A stretch of DNA of 18,609 nucleotides from a virus. Shown one piece after another: positions 1 to 7,093 of this stretch (positions are counted from its first letter, which is position 1; every line of letters begins with the position of its first letter). The stretch is taken from IMG/VR virus record IMGVR_UViG_3300045988_016379; one strand, given 5' to 3'. Below the pieces are notes generated by a model. That model did not search any database. It was given only the letters and a program-made list of their open reading frames with translations, and was not told the origin of the DNA. A program made the translations under genes and the position numbers.

Positions 1-155
1 AAAAGGAGGGGAGGGGCCCCAGCAGCTAGCCTTTTTCCACAACCGCTCTGTTCTGTGTTTTGTATTCATGTTGCTTCCTGTGTTTTTGTTTCCGTCTCCT
101 GTGTGTTTATTTTTTTTCTTTGTTTTGCCGTTTTTTTTTTGAGGGTGTTTTGGGC

Positions 156-184
156 TTGTTGTTTGGTGGTGTGTGTGGTATGAT
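156..184 (+). promoter_or_regulatory. Candidate early promoter inside ITR-L (extended -10)
   Basis: -35-like TTGTTG (156-161), 17-nt spacer, then TGgTATGAT (TG 176-177, TATGAT 179-184). It lies about 35 nt upstream of the ATG at 220 and is followed by the SD-like AAGGAAGGG (200-208). The upstream region is T-rich. Confidence 0.55.
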
Positions 185-219
185 ATAAGTATCAACTTCA
201 AGGAAGGGAAAATAAAAAA

Positions 220-507
220 ATGATTATTTTGATTGATAACACTAAGGTCGTTGAGATTACTCTCAGGGAGTGGGACCGTGATAGTTTGGGCTATGGTCCT
301 GATTGGTCTAATGATTTCTTTGAGGTTGGTGCTTTGGAGCCCGTTGATGGCTCGGATGGGGCTTATTGGGTGCAGGATGTTGATTATTGTGTTGAGTATG
401 CTTGTGATATGATTGATGGTGTTGGTGATTTTGCGGAGTATGGGCTTCAGCCGTGTCAGTGTGTTGATGTGACTGTGCTTGACCGTGATGAGTTGGTTGA
501 TTTTTGA
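220..507 (+). CDS. Hypothetical very acidic early protein (95 aa), ITR-encoded copy 1
   Basis: ORF with SD AAGGAAGGG upstream. It has 16 Asp + 7 Glu against 1 Lys + 3 Arg. An identical copy sits at 18103-18390. Its T-ending codon usage differs from the structural genes. Confidence 0.8.
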   Translation: MIILIDNTKVVEITLREWDRDSLGYGPDWSNDFFEVGALEPVDGSDGAYWVQDVDYCVEYACDMIDGVGDFAEYGLQPCQCVDVTVLDRDELVDF

Positions 508-525
508 TGGGAAAGGAAAATAAAA

Positions 526-771
526 ATGTTTAAAGTTAAAGTCTATGTAACTGAGATTGAACAGGCTAATTTATATGAGGTCGATATTGACGGTTTTAAG
601 ACAGCTGTTGCGCCTTGTATGGGAGATGATGATAGTGCGGTCACGTTTAAATCAGCTCTTACTACAGTTCTTGAATATAAGTATGGTGATTGCGATTTTG
701 ATTATACGTGTTGTAGCGTAGAGGGCGTTTGCTACATGTATGATGTTGAGGTGATTGATGACGTTGAATGA
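526..771 (+). CDS. Hypothetical acidic early protein (81 aa)
   Basis: ORF preceded by GGAAAGGAAAATAAAAATG, nearly the same initiation region as gene 220. It is followed by an intrinsic terminator. Composition is acidic, about 18 D/E against 5 K. Confidence 0.7.
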   Translation: MFKVKVYVTEIEQANLYEVDIDGFKTAVAPCMGDDDSAVTFKSALTTVLEYKYGDCDFDYTCCSVEGVCYMYDVEVIDDVE

Positions 772-784
772 TAAATAATCCAAG

Positions 785-820
785 AAAAAAAGCCGGTGGG
801 GATTCCCTACCGGCTTTTTC
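785..820. terminator. Bidirectional intrinsic terminator between convergent units
   Basis: A7 tract, then a 10-bp stem GCCGGTGGGG / CCCTACCGGC (one G-U pair) with loop ATTC, then T5. It lies between the + strand stop at 771 and the - strand stop at 838. Confidence 0.85.
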
Positions 821-837
821 TTGTGTTGTGATTTGGT

Positions 838-1716
838 TTACTTTTCGGTTTTGTCTTTGGCGTTTACGGTGATTTCGAGTGCGTCAAGTTTGTTTTTGAC
901 GGCTTTTTCGACGGTGGCGGCGATGTCGGCGGGATTGGTGCCGAGTGCTTTGCTGAGTGCTTCGATGGCGGCGGCTTGTGCGGTGATGGTGGCTGTCATG
1001 TCGCGTACTCGTTTGTCGATGAAGCAGATGCGTGTGAAGATGTCGCCTTTGGTGCCGTCTTTGGTGCCGCCGTCATCTGTGCGGCTTAGGAGGGCGTAGA
1101 GGCGTGCGGTGTCTTTGTGTGCCCAGCTGAGGTGTATCCATGCTGGTTGGTTGTCTTTTCCGGGTGTTCCGCTGTCTCCGATTCCGTAGTCCCAGACTTC
1201 TTGTGGGGTTGTCATGTCTGCTCCTTTTTGTAGTATTTGGTTTGCTTTGTTGATGACGTAGTTGACGTCAAGTCCGTTGGGTGCTAGGTCGGGGCATCCG
1301 GCGTGGTCGCTGCCGGGGATTTCGCGGTGTAGCCAGATGTTGCCGTTGAGTCCGTCGTGCCATAGGTGGTTCCATCCGTATCGTTGGGCGATGTCGGCGC
1401 AGAGTGCGGCTGATGCGTCCATGCAGGCTTGTGTGCAGGGGATTCCTGGCATTCCACCCTCGTGTTCGACGCTGATGGTGCTGTTGTTGCTGGCGTAGTT
1501 GGCGTCTGACCATGCGCCGTTGACTTCGCCCACATATTGGTGGATGGTACCGTCGCCGCCTATCCCGTAGTGTGCTGATGCGCCGCCGGGTTTTTGGAAC
1601 ACGTTGTCTGTGCCGGCCAGATAGCCTACCATGATGTGCAGGGTGATGTGGTCTACGTGGTATCCGTATCGTCCGTTATTGTGGTTTGGAGAGCCTATCC
1701 ATACTATGCCGTCCAT
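838..1716 (-). CDS. Endolysin, N-acetylmuramoyl-L-alanine amidase (Amidase_2/PGRP type) with C-terminal domain of unknown type
   Basis: The N-terminal 160 aa show amidase_2 hallmarks: GSPNHNNGRYG...ITLHIM, SVEHEGG, HREIPGSDHAGCPD. SD AAGGAATAAACC precedes the ATG. It sits directly downstream of the holin. The C-terminal 120 aa are unassigned and may be a wall-binding or coiled-coil region. Confidence 0.9.
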   Translation of the reverse strand: MDGIVWIGSPNHNNGRYGYHVDHITLHIMVGYLAGTDNVFQKPGGASAHYGIGGDGTIHQYVGEVNGAWSDANYASNNSTISVEHEGGMPGIPCTQACMDASAALCADIAQRYGWNHLWHDGLNGNIWLHREIPGSDHAGCPDLAPNGLDVNYVINKANQILQKGADMTTPQEVWDYGIGDSGTPGKDNQPAWIHLSWAHKDTARLYALLSRTDDGGTKDGTKGDIFTRICFIDKRVRDMTATITAQAAAIEALSKALGTNPADIAATVEKAVKNKLDALEITVNAKDKTEK

Positions 1717-1726
1717 GGTTTATTCC

Positions 1727-2095
1727 TTAATCCTCTTTGCCATTGTTTTCCTTCTTCTTGTCGATGCTGAAAATATCGAGAATATTCGACCCGGATAGTT
1801 CGGGGTTGATTTTCACGCAGTTTTCCATGATTGATGTGATTTCAATGAGGCAAATACCCGTGCATACGGGTAGGAATACGGGTAGTTCGATGCCGAGATT
1901 GATGTAATCCGAACCGTATTCTACGATTAACGCAACGCAAATCACTGCCAGATAAGTGAACTTGTGACCAAGCCCCTGCCTCATTTTCTCGCTGGACAAT
2001 TCGCCGTGCATGATTGCGTTGACCACGCCGGTCACGTAGTCTATCAGTGCTAATAGAAACACAATGCCGATAACGATTAATTCATGGGTTGTCAT
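1727..2095 (-). CDS. Holin (Phage_holin_4_1 / TcdE-like family)
   Basis: 122 aa with several hydrophobic helices, the motifs LIDYVTG and LIEITSIMEN typical of holin_4_1, and a charged C-terminal tail. SD GAGGAATATTC precedes the ATG. It is adjacent to the endolysin. Confidence 0.85.
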   Translation of the reverse strand: MTTHELIVIGIVFLLALIDYVTGVVNAIMHGELSSEKMRQGLGHKFTYLAVICVALIVEYGSDYINLGIELPVFLPVCTGICLIEITSIMENCVKINPELSGSNILDIFSIDKKKENNGKED

Positions 2096-2104
2096 GAATA
2101 TTCC

Positions 2105-3214
2105 TCACTTTCTTATTCCTGACTGTTGTAATAGGCCGCCAAGAATCATACTGAATTCCGCTTTGATTTGCGGTGTCTCGAATCGTAATCTGCCGACGCG
2201 ATAGGCGTTTAATATTTTCTGCGTCATGTCGTCCGAGCGTTTGAGCATCATGCAATCATTGTCTACCAGTCGATAATCAAACGTAAAATCACGGGTGATT
2301 TTAGGCTGTTTTTTGGTGATTATATATAGCACTTCGTCAGCGTCGCTTAATTGCTGATATACATTAAAAATACCGTATTCGGTGGTTTTCAATGTGAATG
2401 CATAACCGGCGTTATTAAAATCGCTGATGAGAGTATTGGCGTTGTCCCTGAAATCATTATTGATTGCATAATTCGCATAGTTTTCGTCGTATTCGCGTAA
2501 AAATTGGCCGAATTTTGATGTGGCGACCTTGGCGCTGAATCCACCATAATCCGCTAATTCCACCATAATGAACCCGTTGCAATACCGTTGATATTGCGTG
2601 TGATTATCCAGTTGTGGTTTGAGATTAATGCCGAACGCGCTGAAATACGGGTTGGCGAGGGTCACGGCGTTACTGCACATGATGACTCGTACGCGGTCAT
2701 TCCATCTGTCGACTGTGTTATAGAATTCCTCCAGCGCGGTCACTTCGCCGCCCAAGTATCTCATGTTGTCGGGGAATATTTCATCGAAAATGATGGTACG
2801 CACTTTGGGGTAGGCGACTGATTTCACTTGACCCGCCTGTGATAGGGCGATGAAGTACCCCATGATATGCCATGTGGGGCGCATCTTTCCGTGCTTATCG
2901 GTGGTGGCGTCCCTATCATCCATCCAATGGCATTCGGCCTGATTCCCGGAGACACGGAATTCCAGTTCCGGGTATTGCTCCGCGATGTCCGCGAACCATG
3001 TGCCCTTGTTCTTCTGTTCCTCGGCCGTCCTGCGCAGGTAGATGAACTGCCATCGTTTTTTCACCCAGTCACCGATGACGAGCTTCTTCGCACCATAGGT
3101 CTTGCCTAATCCGCGCGCGCCGATGACGAACATCCATGGCGCGTGGTATGAGAGGACACGACCATAGTCATAATAGTCGCTTTCGTCAAGAATCCTCTCC
3201 ATAACATCAATCAT
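2105..3214 (-). CDS. DNA encapsidation (packaging) ATPase, phi29 gp16-like
   Basis: Walker A FVIGARGLGKTYG and Walker B RTIIFDEIF, with colinear similarity to phi29 gp16 (LSY...FVIGARG, CSNAVT..NPYF, LRF near the C-terminus). The start is ambiguous: ATG 3214 (MIDV) or ATG 3202 (MERIL). The track's 3289 start is a GTG that overlaps the upstream gene. Confidence 0.9.
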   Translation of the reverse strand: MIDVMERILDESDYYDYGRVLSYHAPWMFVIGARGLGKTYGAKKLVIGDWVKKRWQFIYLRRTAEEQKNKGTWFADIAEQYPELEFRVSGNQAECHWMDDRDATTDKHGKMRPTWHIMGYFIALSQAGQVKSVAYPKVRTIIFDEIFPDNMRYLGGEVTALEEFYNTVDRWNDRVRVIMCSNAVTLANPYFSAFGINLKPQLDNHTQYQRYCNGFIMVELADYGGFSAKVATSKFGQFLREYDENYANYAINNDFRDNANTLISDFNNAGYAFTLKTTEYGIFNVYQQLSDADEVLYIITKKQPKITRDFTFDYRLVDNDCMMLKRSDDMTQKILNAYRVGRLRFETPQIKAEFSMILGGLLQQSGIRK

Positions 3215-3231
3215 ACCATAAGATACGGAGA

Positions 3232-3253
3232 AACCGGTGGATATCCACCGGTT
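3232..3253 (-). terminator. Perfect 22-nt palindrome/hairpin between virion lysin and ATPase genes
   Basis: AACCGGTGGATATCCACCGGTT. On the - strand it follows the TAG stop (3259-3261) and is followed by UUUCUCCGUAUCUU. It could be a terminator, an attenuator or a processing site. Confidence 0.4.
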
Positions 3254-3258
3254 CCGCC

Positions 3259-4524
3259 CTACTTGGTGATATACCGGCGTATCTCCCACCGAGTCGCCCC
3301 GCCCATCTCGCTTGACGCCGCGAACAGGTTCGGCCCGCTACCCGGACCCCCGTGGGATAATGTTTCATCCTTGCCGTCTGCGGTGAACATTTCTACATGG
3401 TCCCACGTTTGCGTGTATGCGCCCCAGTCCAGTAACAGCAGGTCGGCGGCGTGCGCCATGGCGATGGCCGCCGATATGGACGTGTCCGAACTGCCGCACA
3501 CGCGCATGCCCTTGCCTGCCATCTGCCCCGTCCATGTGCCCACATCGATTCCGAGCACGTCCTGATACGCACGCCAGCATACCGAACTGCAATCACCGTA
3601 CCCGCTCGAATCAGGGTCAAGCCGCCCCGCGCCCTGCGAATAGGCGTATTTGTTGATGCGTGACCGCAACCATTCCACGACACGCGCCGCATCCTTGTTG
3701 CTGCTGCCGGAGCTTGACCCGCCGCCTGTCTGACCGCCGCCCGGCTTGGTGCTCTCCGACGTGCGATACACCCATGTCTGCGCCGCGCCTTTGACGAAGA
3801 GGGCCGTACTGTCCCCGCTACGATAGACAAGATTATCGCCCTGCAACCGTATCCATGCGGTACTGCCGGGCTTCCCGTCAATGCCTGGTCGGTCGCCGCC
3901 CGGCGTATTCGATGGCTTGGAGGTCTGCCCGAAGTCAGGCGGTGCGCTCGTACCGTCCCACGCTTTCAGCAGGTTATATGCGGTGGTGTACCGATTGCGA
4001 TACTGTCCCAATACCCCGTCGGCCAGTATTGTGGTGTAAATCAGTTCCAGTGTGGCCGTCGCCGAGCATGACGCCAATACACGTTGCGCCTGCGCGGGAC
4101 TCTGATGGTAGGCGCACGCCCACATGATACGCTCTTTGACGTTGTTGGCAGGAAAACCGAAGTTCGTCATGGTGTTTTGGTATCCGCCCCAATCCGCCTC
4201 CCATTGCGCCTCCTGAAACGCATGATTCTGTGAGCGTTGCGCCCATGTCTTCCAAGCATTCCCCTCCGCTGTGGACAGATAGCGTGTTGTCCAATTGATG
4301 GAGTTTGACTGCACTTGCTGGGCTAATATTGGTGCCGCCGACGCGAACGCCTTCCAGCCGTCCTGGTCGGCGGTGCGCCCGCGTTCCAAGAGATTGCGGG
4401 CTCGTGTCCCATACCATTGCATCATACCCATGGTAATGGCGTCCACGTAATTGCAGGCACCCCAATCACAATTGGATTCCACCGTGCCGATAACGTACAT
4501 CGCGTAATATGCCGTATTGTCCAT
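3259..4524 (-). CDS. Virion-associated peptidoglycan hydrolase (phi29 gp13-like): N-terminal lysozyme-like domain + C-terminal NlpC/P60-type cysteine peptidase
   Basis: The N-terminus (GTVESNCDWG...GMMQWYG) resembles the phi29 gp13 lysozyme-like domain (MQSES...GLVQWT). A G/S/P-rich linker follows. The C-terminus has GYGDCSSVCWRAY...DHVEMF (Cys/His peptidase). The position matches gp13. The likely start is ATG 4524; the track start 4542 is a GTG inside a hairpin. Confidence 0.85.
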   Translation of the reverse strand: MDNTAYYAMYVIGTVESNCDWGACNYVDAITMGMMQWYGTRARNLLERGRTADQDGWKAFASAAPILAQQVQSNSINWTTRYLSTAEGNAWKTWAQRSQNHAFQEAQWEADWGGYQNTMTNFGFPANNVKERIMWACAYHQSPAQAQRVLASCSATATLELIYTTILADGVLGQYRNRYTTAYNLLKAWDGTSAPPDFGQTSKPSNTPGGDRPGIDGKPGSTAWIRLQGDNLVYRSGDSTALFVKGAAQTWVYRTSESTKPGGGQTGGGSSSGSSNKDAARVVEWLRSRINKYAYSQGAGRLDPDSSGYGDCSSVCWRAYQDVLGIDVGTWTGQMAGKGMRVCGSSDTSISAAIAMAHAADLLLLDWGAYTQTWDHVEMFTADGKDETLSHGGPGSGPNLFAASSEMGGATRWEIRRYITK

Positions 4525-4533
4525 GATAATAGT

Positions 4534-4562
4534 ATACCCCACGGCATGGTGCCGTGGGGTAT
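4534..4562 (-). terminator. Intercistronic hairpin between fibre gene and virion lysin gene
   Basis: ATACCCCACGGC / GCCGTGGGGTAT, a 12-bp stem with a 5-nt loop. It lies 17 nt after the TGA at 4579-4581 and ends 10 nt before the ATG at 4524. The tail ACUAUUAU is only weakly U-rich. Confidence 0.4.
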
Positions 4563-4578
4563 GACAATGGGTTTTCCG

Positions 4579-6021
4579 TCACCATGGGTAGCAGACGAAA
4601 CATCCATTATTGCCTGCGGGGGTGCCATGATATGTAATACGTGGGTTCACGGATGTGTCGGACTTCAAATCGGTCAGCAACCAGCCGCTCACCGCATTGC
4701 CGGAATTAGTCAGACCCGCGCCCCATGCTCGGAACTGGTTGGGGTTAGCCCCCTGATAGGCTCTGGCCCAGCCCGGAAGCCTGACACCGTTCTTCAAGTC
4801 ATCGCTTGTGGACGAGTCATCACCCCAGAACGTTGCCATAATCATGCCGCCGGAGGCTACGACATTGCAACGAACATGGTTGTTGGATGAGTTGACCGTG
4901 GCCGCCTCATAGCGTCCGGTATAAGCGCCCCGAATGGCGGACGCCATATAGGATGCAATGACCTTGGCTCCGCTTGCGTTGGGGTGGATGTTACCGCTCG
5001 GGAAGTTGGAATCATTGCCGATGTTCCACGTCCACGCCCAATCAACGTTTTCCACGCCGTTATTGGCTGCCGCCTCGGCGACGCCCGCCGCTTTCTGCCG
5101 TCCATACATATCCATACCGGCATTATGCCAGAGCATTGGTACGGAGATGATACGCGCCTTGGGGAACTTCGTGCGCGCATTGGAGAATGTCTGGTCTGCA
5201 TACGACTTCATTTCAGCGGCGGTGCCGATGTCGTTACGCCCGCCTCCGATGATGATAATCGCCACGTTGTCGTTGCCGATGCCCGCCGCATTGTAGGCTC
5301 TGTTGATTTGGTCGGTGAACTTCTTACCCGACACGTTGAATCCGGCACCCGTGACCGAGTAATTTTTCACCTGATATTCGTTGCCGATGATGTTGCGGAG
5401 CTGTGTGGGCCACTTGGTCGCGTCCGTGCTATCCGCGTTGACGGTGTCGGCCGAATTGGCGTAACTATCACCGATGCAGAGGCAGATGGGTAGTTGGTCT
5501 TGCGGCGTCGTTTCCAATGCCTGAATACGCTGGTTCAACTGCTGTGCAGTGCCGGAATATCCGCCCTGGTTGGTAAACGTCGTGTCGGCTTGGTTCTTGG
5601 TGTACACGTCGGAGGTGTTCGCCTTGGTGTTGACCGTGCTGGACAATGAGGATACGGTACTCCTGAGCGAGGTCAGTTCGGTATTCTCCGCCTTGCCGTC
5701 GATGGTGTTCATAAGCTGCTGCGCGGTTGATTCCGACGTGACGCCCAGCTTGCCAAAATAGCTATTCAGGCCGGCAATATCGCCCTCGTTGGCCTGCGCG
5801 AGGCTTTTTGCGGCCTCAGCCGCCGTCTTAGCCTCGCCGGCCGCCGTTGTCGCGTTGTTCGCCGCCGCCGTGGCCGTGGTGATGTTGGTCGCGTTGGCGT
5901 ACATCTGATTATCGATTTTCGTCATCGCGTCGGTAAAATCGCCACGCCATGACGGACGGTCGTTCGGACTGTCGCCAAACGTCGGCAGATTATAGTGTCC
6001 GGTATGCTGTGTGGTTGACAT
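4579..6021 (-). CDS. Tail fibre/appendage with C-terminal SGNH (GDSL) hydrolase domain
   Basis: It has an N-terminal anchor motif (HYNLPTFGDSPNDRPSWRGDF..MTKID), an Ala/Thr-rich coiled-coil region, then SGNH blocks: CIGDSYANS (block I), IIGGGRNDIG (block III) and SGNIHPNASGAKVIA (block V). SD AAGAGGAA lies 5 nt upstream of the ATG. Confidence 0.8.
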   Translation of the reverse strand: MSTTQHTGHYNLPTFGDSPNDRPSWRGDFTDAMTKIDNQMYANATNITTATAAANNATTAAGEAKTAAEAAKSLAQANEGDIAGLNSYFGKLGVTSESTAQQLMNTIDGKAENTELTSLRSTVSSLSSTVNTKANTSDVYTKNQADTTFTNQGGYSGTAQQLNQRIQALETTPQDQLPICLCIGDSYANSADTVNADSTDATKWPTQLRNIIGNEYQVKNYSVTGAGFNVSGKKFTDQINRAYNAAGIGNDNVAIIIIGGGRNDIGTAAEMKSYADQTFSNARTKFPKARIISVPMLWHNAGMDMYGRQKAAGVAEAAANNGVENVDWAWTWNIGNDSNFPSGNIHPNASGAKVIASYMASAIRGAYTGRYEAATVNSSNNHVRCNVVASGGMIMATFWGDDSSTSDDLKNGVRLPGWARAYQGANPNQFRAWGAGLTNSGNAVSGWLLTDLKSDTSVNPRITYHGTPAGNNGCFVCYPW

Positions 6022-6036
6022 CGCTGTTCCTCTTTT

Positions 6037-6450
6037 CTATTTGCGGGAAGTGCCGACGCGAACAATGCCGTTCACGTCCTTGTATAGGGAATCAAGTTCG
6101 GCCGCCGTTAACCCCAACGTGTTGGGTTGTGAGGCGGTTTTATCGACCTTGCCGTTAAGCCCCGAGGTGAGGGCTGAGGTGGTGGCGAAACCGCTCACGT
6201 TCGGGATATCGGTTTTCTTGGCGACAGTGTTCGCGACTCCCAGCGGGGAGGTCGTCGTGCCGTCGCCGGTGAGGTCGGCGGTGTGCGTCACGGTCTCAAG
6301 CCCGCCCTTGGAGGCCAAGTCGTCCGCGTTCTTCTTGAGCTGGGCGTCAATCTTCGACATGTCGCCGTTGTAGTCACCGAGCCATGTGGGCCGGTCAGTG
6401 CCAGCGAACTGTGAGAGATTATAGTTGGAGGTATGGTTGGTTGCGGTCAT
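6037..6450 (-). CDS. Short tail fibre/appendage paralog (137 aa) sharing the N-terminal anchor
   Basis: The N-terminus NYNLSQFAGTDRPTWLGDYNGDMSKIDAQ parallels the N-terminus of gene 4579-6021. SD AAAGGAG is upstream. The gene sits in the structural block. Confidence 0.7.
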   Translation of the reverse strand: MTATNHTSNYNLSQFAGTDRPTWLGDYNGDMSKIDAQLKKNADDLASKGGLETVTHTADLTGDGTTTSPLGVANTVAKKTDIPNVSGFATTSALTSGLNGKVDKTASQPNTLGLTAAELDSLYKDVNGIVRVGTSRK

Positions 6451-6455
6451 GATAG

Positions 6456-7091
6456 CTACTCCTTTTTATCAAAATTGTCTGCGGTCGGGTTGCGTTCCAC
6501 GTATCGTGCATCTGCCTCGGATTGCGTGATAAACGCCATGTCGGCAGGCGGATTCTCGGACATGGACTTTCCGTACGGGAATTGGGCGCGACCAGGAAAG
6601 TCGCCGGGCACGCAATTATCCACGGCGGTGGCGCGTAAGTCGTACTCGCGTGCGCCAAGCGTAAGCCCATCGTATTCCTGAGCGGTCAACCGCATGTTAT
6701 CGTAGTCACCCCAGAACAATCCGTGGTTACGCGAATTGTCATACATGCCGCCAAGCACATCCCCGAGCGGTTGTATGGTGCCGTACACTGGGGAGGTTGC
6801 CACACCCTGCTGTTCCATTTCGTGAATCAGGTCCAGCAGTTCCGCGCGTAATGCGGCCATATTCTTGTTGAGCTGGGTTACGGTATCCGCAAGCGCCTTG
6901 TCTACGGATGCCGCGAGGTCGCTGGTGGTTTCCTCCAGTTTGCTCAAATCGCATTGGAGGATGTCGAGATTGTGGCGTAGGCATTCAATCAACTGTAACG
7001 TGGTCAATCCGTCCCGATACGTGAACGGAACGGACGTGGGCACCCCGTCGAACAAGCGTTGTTGTGGAATCAGAGCGTTAATGGCAACCAT
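6456..7091 (-). CDS. Tail-associated structural protein (211 aa), function unassigned
   Basis: ORF in the structural block between the lower collar and the fibres, with a central coiled-coil-like segment. ATG 7091 is preferred (SD GGGAG 5 nt upstream) over ATG 7103. Confidence 0.6.
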   Translation of the reverse strand: MVAINALIPQQRLFDGVPTSVPFTYRDGLTTLQLIECLRHNLDILQCDLSKLEETTSDLAASVDKALADTVTQLNKNMAALRAELLDLIHEMEQQGVATSPVYGTIQPLGDVLGGMYDNSRNHGLFWGDYDNMRLTAQEYDGLTLGAREYDLRATAVDNCVPGDFPGRAQFPYGKSMSENPPADMAFITQSEADARYVERNPTADNFDKKE

Positions 7092-7093
7092 GA

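Larger units (their letters stand above)
1..516. repeat. Left inverted terminal repeat (ITR-L), 516 bp
   Basis: 1-516 is the reverse complement of 18094-18609. I compared 1-219 by eye and spot-checked the coding part. ORFs 220-507 and 18103-18390 translate identically. The match breaks at 517 (a) against the complement of 18093 (g). The window starts exactly at the repeat terminus AAAAGGAGGGGAGGGGCCCC. Confidence 0.97.

Noticed and set aside
5-20. Possible G-quadruplex in the terminal GGAGGGGAGGGGCCCC.
   Set aside because: There are only three G-runs on the strand, and the adjacent CCCC favours duplex or hairpin formation. The sequence does not support a four-tract quadruplex.
821-1099. 92-aa + strand ORF after the left terminator, a possible third rightward gene.
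   Set aside because: It starts downstream of a strong bidirectional terminator, has no SD, is antisense to the endolysin C-terminus, and its sequence is hydrophobic and low in complexity.
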